Of a DNA stretch of 64,000 nucleotides, positions 40,301-52,800 are shown piece after piece. The stretch lies in NCBI GenBank assembly GCA_043228905.1, contig JBHGNT010000009.1:682001-746000 (forward strand), given 5' to 3'. The number at the start of each line of letters is the position of its first letter. Position 1 is the first letter of the stretch. A program made the translations under genes and the position numbers. Under the pieces are notes generated by a model. That model made no database searches. It saw nothing but the letters and a program-made list of their open reading frames with translations, and was not told the DNA's origin. Source of the stretch: Azolla caroliniana (taxonomy: Eukaryota; Plantae; Polypodiophyta).

Positions 40301-43300
40301 CTACAAAGGCATCTAGATGCTTAGTCATTTTGCAAGGATAAAGATTTGTCTGTCAACCTTGATAAAACTAAAGTGATGATGCTTATGAACACCACTCTAA
40401 CATGGCTAACAAGACCAGAACCAGAATTCCTTTATGAGGGGAAAGGTGGCATATACAATCCTACATATATCTAGGAGTGACATTCACAAGGCCTTAGTTC
40501 TCCCTTTGGGAGGCTGCCCATACTTGACTTTCTTGTGGATATGCAACCCTTGTTCCCTAGATGCATATAGTCAGTTCCAAGAATCATGAACTATATATTG
40601 TGGTTGTTTGATACTCTTGTGTAACACCACCTCTTCTTTACAGAGTAGAAATTTGGGGATTTAGCCTTCTTAGGGCACATAACGGGAGTCTTGATGATTG
40701 CTTGCATGATAAGTAGTAAATTATTGGTGCTGCATGATAAAACCTGGGAAGAGACGAGATAAACCCCAATAGTGACCATTCTGATCAATGAACATTATCC
40801 AACATATTTGGGAGCTCCCCAAGCAAAGGTACTCAAGGTTGGCAATTATGTCATCAAAACAACTCGTTGAACATGGAGAGGATCTGGTGTACTGAAATGC
40901 AGGAATGGTTCTAATTGCATGTCATGAGTAAAAATGCACTGTCCATTCCAATATATCTTAGATTCTCCAGATTTGAACATGACTGAAGTGGAAAAGAAGA
41001 GTCTGATCTAAGCCCATAGCATTAAATCGGATAATGAAAGAACATGGATCAGCCCCACAACTTTTCTTGGTATGAAGATGGATCATATAAGGCATTCTTT
41101 TTACTTTCTGTCTACTATCTCCCATTAAAACGCAAATTGATTCTCTTCTCTCATAACCCTAGCTCGTTGTGCTATTAAATACCGATATCGCAGCTATCCA
41201 AATGATTACTTTGAGATCTCTGTCCATGCAGAAAGTCTTCAGAGATCTAGATGGGTTTGTAGTCTCTCGTGTGTATCTAAAAGGAGTATGATCTTATTTG
41301 CATTGAATAAGTTTGATGTGGAAACTCCTGTGAGGGCTTCTGCTCCCCTTAATCTGTCTACATAACCTGAAATCTCATAAGTGGATATAGCCCAAACAAT
41401 GTGGACGAGAGTTTCAACATCCTTATTTTACCCCAAAATATCTGCTCACTGATTTTGAAATCCCCATTGGGGTCCATACCCTCCCTGTCACAGATTCAAG
41501 CAGTGCTTTGGCAAACCTATGTCTTGTGGCCTCAACATAAGTCAAGCCCTAGGAGCTGTATTAAAAGTTTCAAGGAAATTCACAGAGCTTCAGTATACTT
41601 TCTTTTCATGTGCTTGCCCCTCCTCATTGATGGATCTAAGTGCAGGTATCTGGTGTAGAGTGGTATGCATATTCTTTTGTGGATCCTACTTTCCTTTCAG
41701 CCCAACTGTTTACTGTATATTCTGAAATAAATCCTTAAGACTTGACCAGCCTTGGCCAAACCGTGCTCGATCATGGTTTGTTTGTAGTTGCTATCTGGTG
41801 TAGAGTGGTATGCATATCCTTTTGTGGATCCTATGTTCCTTTCAGCCCAACTTTTTACTGTATACTCTGAAATAAATCCTTAAGACTTGACCAGTCTTGG
41901 CCAAACCGTGCTCGATCATGGTTGCTTTGTAGTTGCTTGGTACTATTGGCTCTCCCATGTATGATGTGAAGCACAATTTTGCCAGTTGACATGGTGGAAA
42001 AACACGTGCACACTTGTTCCTGTTGTATAGGTGGACAAGTAGTGGTGCCAGATCTTACCGAACATGGGAATAGTGCTCAGCAACCAATAAAGATGATGTT
42101 TTACTCATAGCATGTTTTCAGCTGAGGCTCCAAAATCTTTTAGATACTGTACAATTTGAAAGTCAGCAGCCAGTTTCAAAGACTATGAGGAGGCAATTGA
42201 AGTGGTTGACAATTTCAAATACTTTGGAGTTGGCATAGCTAATCAACACACTTGGAACATGAATCGAACTTGTAGAATGGAAATCGGCACAGCCCAATAC
42301 TATCAGTTTGAGGACATATGCCACTTGAACACAACCCAAAGAGGGGAGGTTTGAGCAACTGTATTTGATGCATGCGTAATGAAAACTCTGCTTTTTATGC
42401 AATCAAGGTTCAGGAGGCAGTATTTCAGCAAGCTCATGGAGTGAAATGGAGAAAATACAAAAACAATCTGTTGTTTCCATTTAGTTCCATACTCCACAAT
42501 GCTTCTTGAGACCGAAATATCAATAAACTTGTGCTCTTCAGAGTTTTTACATGTACATATTGAAAGTAAAGATAATGCCTTGGAATCTCCTCCCCAAGGT
42601 TGGATGCTTACCGCAGGAAAATGACAAGGGTAAATTTCTTTCATTCAGCTGGGTCTGAGCCATCTGAAAATGGTTTGGATGATGACGTGCTGAAGACTGT
42701 TTGGATTTGTGTGGAAAAAAAGAAAGGAACAGGAGATATGTAATATGCAGCCCTCCATACATAGTTTGAGCAATATTGCATCTGCATTAATACTGAATAT
42801 TGGATTTTACTGAGGTTAGCTTGCCATTACCCAAATTCACATCTGAACACCCATGCCAAGCGAGCAAGATGTGCCAGCAGACTGATGCGCACATGTTCAC
42901 ACAAAATAAAAATAGAAACTGAATATGGAGCAGAGAAAGAGAATATATGGCATATTGTTAGAGTCTAATTAAGCAAAACATAAGGAATTATAAACCAAAG
43001 AACAGAAAGAGGGGTGCCAAACCAACTGACCACCCCATAGCAACAGCGTGAAATAGACTGGTACCTCCTTGATGTCCCATACCGTCGAGGGTTGATCTGA
43101 GTCATACCTTGGGTTCTGTGAGGAATGCCAGTGCTTAGCTAATGATAGCTATAGCCACCCTGTCATAGTCTCAACATAAGTCAAGACTCTCTCCCAAAAA
43201 GAAGGTAGCTAGCCTCCTTATATAGGCGGAAACCATAGGCCCCAGTGTGTTCACACTTGACTGCTTTATTTGAAGTGGTCAAGTGATAACACAATTAATA

Positions 43301-46300
43301 GTTATCCCACACCATGGAATTGAATATTATAATTCATACCCTTGTTCCTTTCAAAATTAACCCACACATACTCATCATGAGATTAGGGAAAACTATGGAA
43401 AACCTATCTCATGAATTGTTCCATTTAAAAATCCCCCACATATACAATTTGGGGATGCTTTGTAATGAACAGTTGGTCCCATGAATCATGTTAGCCCCCA
43501 TGGCTGTGCATTAATACATCATCATTTTGGTATTGGTTTGATACCGGCTATTCTGGGAACCAGGTGCTTTGATAGACACTTCAGTGTGAGGAAATGCTTG
43601 ATCTTTGAGGTGTAAAACACTTGTGCAGGGTATCCAGTGATGTCGTCTAATGGACTGCGGCGATTTAAGAGTACGAAGGACATGAAAGATTGTGCTATTG
43701 TATGCTCCAGAAGCCTCTCAGGCGAATGTCTATGATTTAATTCACATATACCTTGCATCTTGGTCTGTGAACTACTCTAACTGCATTTAGTTCTTGTTTG
43801 TATCAAATTGCCTCATCTTCAAAGCCTCTAGTGCTCCTCCAATGTGTGGTTGCAGATGATAGCTGATTCCCACTGGCATCCTTGTACCTTGGGAAACAAT
43901 ATCCCTTCACGTTGGTATGTTTCTATGTACATCACAATGTGTTTATCCTTCCACACTGCCATAACATGCAGCATGCATTCCTTCTTATGTGCCACTTGAG
44001 TTGTATTTCAGTCCTCCAAGTAGAAATTCTTGTCTTCCAAGGCACTTCTCTAATGGCAAGAAAAAACATTCTTCCTTTAATGTGCTGAATTTTAATGATC
44101 AACTTGTTCCACCCTCCATTGATTCATGAATGAGATCCTTCTATTCCCTGTGCATTGCTATTAGGGCATCTTCTATTGCATAAACATACTACATCGTGAT
44201 TATAGCTTGGATTGTCCCCATCCAAACATGACCAAAACAGAAAGGGATAAGAGTGATCCTAATTGATATTATCAACATGGATAGAGGAAGAACATTGAGT
44301 AGCCCCACAACATCACTTGGTAGGAAGATGGCCCGCTGTAAGTCGCACTTTTTACACACATCAGACAATGGATTCATTATTAGGCCCTCTTATATGGACA
44401 TACATCTATCCGACATGCTGTGTAGTGTTATATGGCAGATGCAGACCTCTTCACATCAGAGAGATCATGGTAGGCAGATATGTATGCATACTACTAGAAG
44501 AAAGAATTTTCCAATTGTGTTTAGCTGTTGAAAGACAATACAACCACATAGGATCATCAACAAAGAATAATCACAACTTTCTTTAAACCCATCACTTCTA
44601 CTGATGCTGTTAGTCAATCAAGGGATACACAATTGGGCTCCCAACCAGGACAATTCAAAGGGGTTGCAATATAGTCAATCACGAGCAATAACAATTTGTC
44701 ATGCATGCAGATCCCAGCCTCATGGACCACGATTTCACCCCTTTCATCATTGACATATTAAGGCCATTACCTCTTGCCATAAGGTGCTCCCCTAGAGATC
44801 TCTCCATTCTACAGCAAACGTTCAAAGAAAAAAATTACAATAAATTTGACTTGAGAATCTTATATATATAGATAATTGGATGCTTTAGTCAAATGTGTTA
44901 CTTAAGCTACATTTATTTTGGTTTGTTCTCAAAGACAAGTTTAACATTTTAAGATGTGATCTCTTGTTTGGTCTTATTGGTCATTTTGGACTCTTAAAAT
45001 ATATTAATATTTCTTTCTTTTTGAGCTATAATAGTTCGCCAAACCTCTTTGAGGCTGGAGATTGTGCCTTCTGAGAGTCTCTTGCAAAACACATTTGTCA
45101 GTTTATGAACTGATTTTAAACCTATGCATTCATTTATCCTTCTTTTGCTAGCTTTTATGTGATTGATGCAGATCAGACAGAGACTCTAGATATGTAGAAG
45201 GCAGGAAAAGAACCAGAGATGTAGGGTCAAGAATTGAAGAGGATATCAAGCTGGAGTGGCAACCCTAAAATAGGAGGGTCAAACAAGGATGTACAGGTCA
45301 GGGCAGAAACCTAGTACAGAGGTAGAAAGGGGTTGAAGCAGGAGTTAAGACGAAGATGTTTAGATAGAAAGCAGGTTTGTGCAAAATATCTGAAATGAAG
45401 AAACAGGAAAAAGATCCGGGCAGAAACTGTAAGTGGAGGGAATGTGTAAAAGATGGAGAGAAGTACAAAAGTACATTTTATAATCGCCCTCAGAAGTGAA
45501 ATATGACCCGTGGGACCAAAAGTGAAGTACTATCAGATAGTATGTGTGGAATTGAGCTGTTCAATTTTTACTCATAAGCATTGCAATTGAGAGTGCAAAT
45601 TGTGATTGTTCAAATAGGGAGTGGGTTGGATTGAAGATGTGTGGGAAGCAAACTGGGATGTGGTTGAATGTAGTGAATTTTTTCGAAGTGTGAAGATATA
45701 AAGCGAATACAGAGGGAAAGAGAGACAGGACAAACTTTGAGACAGCCTCGAATTAAAAGTTCTTGTTGTAGGGAGTTTCAAAATATGGGACACTTCAGGA
45801 CAATGAGTAATTGCCATAAGTATAAAGAGCATATGTACAACCCCAACAAGAATGTGAAATGTTTCAAAATAATTAGTATGCAGAATAAACCCTTGAGAAT
45901 TATATATTTCAATTTCAAGATATTTCATATATCTATGATCTATATGTATTATGCCCATCCTGAAGATTATTTATTTGATTCCTTAAGCAGTTCTCATGTT
46001 TGTTCGGGAGTTTAAAAACATGGAACACTTTAGGAACAATGATGATTTGCCATAATTATAGAGAGTATAAAGAGCATATGTAACCCCAACGAGTATGTGG
46101 AATGTGTTCAAAATAAGTCTGCGGAATGAACCCTAGAGAGCTATATATTTCAATTTCAAGATATTCATATATCTATGATCCATATGTATAACGTCCATCC
46201 TGAAGATTACTTATTTGATTCCTTTAGCAGTTCTGACATTTGTTTGGGTGGAGTAGGTTATTTTGGCCTTTAAAAGATGGTAATACATCTTTATTCCTTT

Positions 46301-47330
46301 CTTGCTTTATTGTTTATAGTTCCAAAGGAACCAGAGGAGCCCGAGGCATCAAAATTCAATGCATTCACTGGAATTGGAAGGCGCCTGGATGGAAAACCTT
46401 TGAAGTACTCAATTGCATCTGAAAATGTTTCAGTAGGTTTGACATCACAACCTTCAAACACGAAATCCCTTGTTGCAACTGCTGTTGGAACATCTGGTGC
46501 TGTCCCAATGAAGCCGGCTGGGAAGATGGTTTTTGGAGCGGGAAGTGCGAAAGCAAATGTTCCTGCCAAGGTATATTAGAAATTTACCGTCATATATTAT
46601 TAAAGGAAAACTACAAAATCTCTCACTTTTTGGTTTTTACTAGAACACCCATCTGTTTTCAAAAAAATATTACTATTAAGGGCGACTCAACATCTGAAAA
46701 CCAATGAGTATTGTGGTAAATATCCAAAACGTAGGCGTTTTTGCCCTATTTAAATGACAAAAAAGTACAATGGCATTCCCTTCAGGAAGGAGTAATGCAG
46801 AAACAATTGGTCCTGCCAAGGTAATGCCACCTATAGAAACTAATTAGAGACAAATTGGTTGAAATAGGAATCGAGCTGTAAATATTGACAAGAACTATGT
46901 CAAACTGCCTCTCAAAAAGAGTTAAAACAAAACAAATAATTGCCTCTTAGAGATCTACTGCTTAAAATATGATAATCCATAAGCAAACTATTGATTAGTT
47001 TGATGAATATGCTTCACCTCACCTCACCTTCATAAGCTGATAATGTTGGGAATTAGATAGTACCTCTATAAGTGACAATATGCCGAAGTGTTCAGTATAT
47101 AGAATTTAGATGGCTATGCAAGCTATCAAATATTTAAGTATGCCGCCCATCACCTTTACTGTTAGATCCCAATTCTAGTTCTTGTATATCTTTTTGCATC
47201 TTCAGTTTTCTGATCTTGTGTCTTGCAGCTATTGGGAACTAAAGAACCTCCAAAGGAGGAAGAAACAACCAAGGAGAATGAACCTAAATTCCAACCTTTC
47301 AGTGGAAAAAAATACTCATTGAAGGGCTGA
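37307..47330 (+). CDS. UFD1: Ubiquitin fusion degradation protein 1 (CDC48/p97 adaptor); 9 coding exons, 323 aa
   Basis: Exons 37307-37309 (ATG only, least certain), 38507-38584, 38666-38690, 38763-38795, 39073-39194, 39283-39413, 39497-39723, 46320-46570, 47229-47330 total 972 nt in frame. Motifs [61 protein letters not shown]; SHP-type boxes [13 protein letters not shown] and [11 protein letters not shown]. Confidence 0.95.
37382..37743. repeat. ~194-bp diverged tandem duplication in a UFD1 intron
   Basis: ctaaata.aaatactgcaagtt...ctggaata.acatgcagatat occurs twice. Confidence 0.75.
40000..41250 (+). mobile_element. Decayed RTE-like LINE in the long UFD1 intron
   Basis: ctgatactatatgctgatgacattgtgttgatctct...gatggactacaaaggcatctagat reads [20 protein letters not shown], followed by VNLDKTKVM and YLGV. 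Confidence 0.8.
41647..41935. repeat. ~145-bp tandem duplication
   Basis: tatctggtgtagagtggtatgcatat...cttggccaaaccgtgctcgatcatggtt occurs twice. Confidence 0.9.
42956..44800 (-). mobile_element. Heavily decayed copia-like remnant with an LTR-like segment
   Basis: Weak RNase H-like peptide near 43700-43770 on the minus strand and an LTR-like block at 42956-43518. No TSD confirmed. Confidence 0.35.
45771..46247. repeat. ~236-bp tandem duplication just upstream of UFD1 exon 46320
   Basis: gggagttt.aaaa.atgg.acactt.agga...ccatcctgaagatta.ttatttgattcctt.agcagttct starts at 45771 and at 46007. Confidence 0.85.
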
Positions 47331-48539
47331 GGTCATTTGCTTCCATACATCTGGGGAAGTAATATGAAGATCCATTGTTGATTCATGTAGGGGAAAATTA
47401 AATATTTTATAAAATTGGGAATCTGTAACGAAATTCATCTGTTATCATAAGCTATAGGTTTATTTCCATTTGCAGCTTGTTGCTATTCCATCTAAAATTT
47501 TAATGAAAATGCTTTATTATTCAACTGTGGACATTCAGAACCATAGATTGCATTGTACAGTGTTTAAATTGCAAGCATGACCTTCAGGTTGAAACACAGC
47601 GCCCATTGCTAGATGTATTTGTATTTGCTTACATCCATTCTCCAGTGATTAAGTGTTATATTTTGCACCTTTAAGGTTTTATTTGCATTTGGTGAACCAC
47701 AAGTTTCACGAGTCATTCCTAAAATCTAAGCATTCTCGAATGGAAAATTCATGTGTAAATTTTGGCAGGATTGATATTTCTGGAGTATTTTGTTTCTAGA
47801 ATTCCCCCATTGTGAGTGGAAGGATTTTCAAAATATTGCCTTATTTTGTTTGTCATTCTTATTATTTAAATGAAATGCATAGTAATTTAAGTCCCAAGAA
47901 CGGTTTTGATGTTTTGGGCTAGCTAGAAAATGTGTTAAACAATATCTAGCTAAACTTGGAGCCATTTGATTTGATAATCCAAGATATGTGAATTCAATTC
48001 TTAGTATTGGTTTGATTTTGATGAATCAAGTTAAAGTTTTTGTTTTTGTTCCGTAAGTTTTAGCTCAGTATAGTTGGTGGTCATCAAGTCCTTGCATTTG
48101 CCCTCCAGTTTTAGGAGTCAAGTTTTGTTTTATAAATTGAGAATTTTCCATGACAACTTTTTATTGGATAAATTGTCTAGTATATTATTTAGAGCTCATT
48201 GATGGAAGTCTTATCACATTGTAAGAGAATTAAAGAGCCTAAAACAATTCTTGTGGTTCTTGGTAATATGGTAAGTGTGGTTTTCTTTAAACATTATGAA
48301 TAATCCTAAGTGCTTGGTAGTTCTTAGTGTGGCTTTGTTTAAACCAAATGATTCAAAATTTTATTGAAGAAAGAAAGTGCTCATCAAGCCTAGAAATCTA
48401 GAATAATTCCCAAGTTTTTCACCTTGATAGTGTCAAAGAGTAAGGACAATGTGTCCAAGATGTGTATGAAAGGGCCTTAGGGATATGTTCTCACATGACT
48501 CCTTGCTTTTTACTCTTAACTTATAGCTCTGACATGTAC

Positions 48540-48970
48540 ACACATTGCTTAAGTCTAAAACCTTAAGACTATCATTGTATTGTTTGGACAACTTGATTAA
48601 TTGAAAAGATTGAACTTTCCTCATTAAGATTTCTAGAATTCTATTGACACTAACACATGCATTGCTGAAGGTTGAAACCTTAAGATTAATGTTGTATCAT
48701 CTATGTTCTTTCCTCATTAAGATTTCTAGAACTTTATTTGCTCTCACATTCCCACATATTACTTTAAAGTGCTTTAGTTTGGGACCTTAAGATTAATGTT
48801 GCATCATCTAGGGAACTTAATTAATTGAAAACATTGAACTTTCCTCATTATGATTTCTAGAGCTATATTGGCTCTCACGTGCACACATATTGTTTAATGT
48901 TATAGTTTGAAACCTTAATATTAATGTTGTATCATCTAGGTAACATTTCTCATTAATTTTTCTAGAACTT
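48540..48970. repeat. Degenerate ~100-120-bp tandem repeats
   Basis: Recurrent accttaagattaatgttg.atcatcta and ctttcctcattaagatttctagaa blocks. Confidence 0.7.
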
Positions 48971-49882
48971 CATCGTATTAAGTTGACATATTAAGTCTAT
49001 GGGAAACATGCCACTCCACAATTGTACAACATGTTACTTATGGTTGGAACTCATTATGAAATGCCAGACAATATGTTATAGTGACCTTCATTGATTCACA
49101 TGCAAACATGTTCCATTGATTCTTGAATGTAAATATGAATAAGTATATCTTCTTTCAATTTATTTCCACAAGAATGAATGGATTGACAATGGTTATTAAG
49201 ATCCGATGACTTTGTGCTGATGCAGTAATTTGCCCATACGCTAGATGGGTCAACAAATTGTTGGCATAAGGTAATATTAACATCCAATGACTTTGTGACA
49301 AATCAACAATGTTAAACTGCTTGCATTTTGTTTTGGAATGGGTAGATAGGTATATAATTTTTGTACCCACTTTGACAATAATACAGTTGACATCCAATGG
49401 CTCAAGGACTTTGTGACTCCTCAACGTGCATTTCGGTCATGCATTTTGTGTGACCACATTGTCATAGATTCTTGTCGAGGTATTCTACCAGACTGACCTG
49501 CATCTTTTCAAGATGGATGATGTTGTGCCCACGACGAACAGGGATATTTTTGGTAAGGCACATTGTTAGATGGTCCATGAGTGGAGGGGCATTATGTGTG
49601 AGACCAGCCTATGAGGGATGTCCCTATCTGGCTCATGGATAAGACTTAGGTGTGGAAGATTCAAGATTCTCGAGGTTACGTTTGGATAATGTCGACCAAC
49701 GTATTAGGATAGGGCGTGGATCTCCTTTCCTCATCTTCTTGCTTTTGTCTCTTGCTTTCCTCTTCTGCTGCTGCTGCTGCACTGAGAGAAGCAGTTTTCA
49801 ACACAAGAACTTGAGCTTTTCCGGGCAACTAAATGCAGTTTGGAACCCTAAACGCATCAAAGATCACTGGGTTCATCTCTTC

Positions 49883-52800
49883 ATGGAGGCTTCTCAAAGC
49901 AGTTTCTTCACAAAAAACCTAAACCTAAACCCTTTGAAAAGGAAAGAATTTCATTTTTATGATAGAGTGGGTGGAATCAGATTTTCAGGAATCATCAGTA
50001 ACAACAGACATCTGAAGGACCCACATCAGTATAAGGTAAATCTAAGCCTTTTTTTATGCTCATATGGGCTGAAAAGGCATTCAAAAAGTGATATATTGTG
50101 TTCAAGACCAAGAAATTATGCAAAATTTCAGAATGTTAGACATACAATATCAGTCTTATCATCCTTTGCTGATGCAAATGAGGGCAACTTGAATGAAAAT
50201 TTTGGTGAAAAGGATGTGAAGTATTACATGGACAATGTTTCTCTGGTGAATGAACATGACAACAAATCTACTGATGCGAATGGGAAAAACTCAAGCAATG
50301 GTGGAATGGCTGAAGCTTTCAACATTTCTCCACAAACTGCATTTGGAATTACAGTTATAGTCTCATTGGCAGCCCTAATGTTACCACTTATAATGAGTTC
50401 TGTGACAAATGCAATAAATGTGAGAATCAAAGTGCTTTCTTATGCTACATTGTTATGTGGGTTCTATATGGCGTGGAACATAGGGGCAAATGATGTGGCT
50501 AATGCAATGGGTACTTCTGTTGGCTCTGGTGCCCTGTCTCTCAGACAAGCAGTGTTGATTGCAGCTGGGTTGGAATTCTCAGGAGCTTTCTTAGTTGGTT
50601 CTCATGTCTCCCACACAATGCAAAATGGTATCTTAGTGGCTGATGTCTTCAATGGGAAGAATACCCTCTTGTTTTCGGGTATGCTCTCGTCCCTTGTAGC
50701 TGCTGGCACCTGGTTACAGGTAAATTCTTTCTTGACAATGACATTGTATGGATTGTATTTTTCCCTTGGAGCTAGATATGACTAAGTACATTGAATTTGG
50801 ATTAAAAATTAGATGTGAGCAAGTATTATTGTATGAATTTTACTTTGAGAAGGAATTTGAGCTACATATGGCTGCATTGAATATGTGTTAAATAGGAATT
50901 TGAGCTAGATAATATGCATTGAATTTGTGCTTAAAAGGAAATTATATTACCTTGAGAAATTCATATTGAAGTTTATTTGGGAAGATATGACTACACTGAA
51001 TATCTGCAAAAAAGGAAATTTGAGTTAGGTATGAATGCATTGAATTTGTGCAAAAAAGGAACTTCATATTAGCCTGCTATTAAGATAATTGTCTATAAGT
51101 TATGCATATTTTCCTTTGTACTTTCATACATGATTTTTGGTGGTGAAATAGACCCAACTTTTGGGAATGTGGAAATGTGTACATATTTATATATTTTAGA
51201 CCATGGTGAACGAAGAGAGTGGTTGAGAATTTAATGTACTAAATCAGTTAACCATTAGCATTAACAACATAATGTATTAATGTAATCTTAGCGACAGAGC
51301 TAAGCTCAGTTGTTCACTTCAAGCTACTGAGTTGTGTCTGTATCTTCCCGCTTAAGATCACACGATTCTATAATTCCATCATATCATCCATCTCTAGCAA
51401 GTGGTTGTAAAAAGTGGAACCATTGGTGGAGCAATGTTTCGGCTGCAATACTTTCAGGGGGGCAAGGTCAATGGAACAAAAAACATGCTTTGGAAGTTCA
51501 AATGGTCACCAGTTTGGATTCCCACAAGCTCTTAGACATCGTGCTCAGAATAGATGTGGAGCCATTGGGAGTTCTAGATCCAAAACATCCAATGATCTTG
51601 ATCCCAACAACAGTGGATGTAAAAACATGGAGAAGGTAGAATACATACACAACATATGCATTTGTTATGGGCATAATAGATTCTCTGTTGATGCTGAACC
51701 AAACCTCGAGAATTAGTTATTTGGATCTGGAGAAGGTGGATATCTTCATCATAGGGGTAACAACATCATCAAGACCAGACGGCCGGTGTCTGGTTGGTAA
51801 ATTCTGACAAAGCATTGTCACAGATTTGGCCACTTAAATAGAGAATCCTTTCTTTCCTTTGAGGAGTTTTTCATCAATCATATGAGGAGATTTCCCATCA
51901 ATGAATTGGCAGGGAGATGTGTCTGTACACTAACATTGAAGCTGATGTCTTGGTCACAGATTTGACCCCTCAAATGGAGAATCTCCTTCTTTACTTTGAG
52001 GATTTTTTCCCATCAATCATCTCCATGTTCTCTGCGAGTTCTGAAAGCCAGAGAAATTGGAGACAAAGACTCCGTGCAATTTGTGAACTTGACTCAGCCA
52101 CACCCAGTCACTGTGTTGAACCCACAGGAACCCACAGAATCCAATAATGAAAAATATGGCTTGGAAACCATTTTTTATGTAGAACCATACGATAAGGGTG
52201 GGAGATCCTTAATTTGTGAGGGTAAGACATGATGGGTATTTGCAGCAATGAATGATTCCCATCATTAGAATGAGAGTTGGGGAAGGATTAGGGAGAAATG
52301 TAGCGTTAAATGAAGTTGTATGCTAACCCAATAACCAATTTGGTGCCCCACATGTAAGTTATGCTTTGGGATATCATATGTAGACCCAACACCACTGATA
52401 AAAGTAGTTTGGAGGTATGGCGAGCATTGGCCTCCATTGCATGATTAGTGTTGATGGTTTTATGTGTTGTTGATACATAAATTTTGACATTTTACACCCC
52501 CTCTTCCCCACAAAAAATCTCCTTTGTTGCACAAGAAAGTGTGCAATAACATTATCTTCACATGAGAAGGCTGTGAAAGGACTATAGATTTGAGCTTTTA
52601 GAAACATTCTATTCACATACATAAATTGATATCCTCATTTGAAAAATAAGGCCTTCCCACGAGACCAAGAGGTACATCTGATGACTAGCATAATACCTTC
52701 TCTTACATGTTTTCTCGTGGTAAGCTTTGATGTAGCCAATGATAATTGGATCATGGTCCTAATACAAGGGGTATAAATAACATCATTGTTATATCACTTG

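Noticed and set aside
49652-49882. N-terminal extension of PHT2;1 in the ORF track
   Set aside because: It begins at GTG. The first in-frame ATG is 49883, so the upstream part is probably 5'UTR or promoter.
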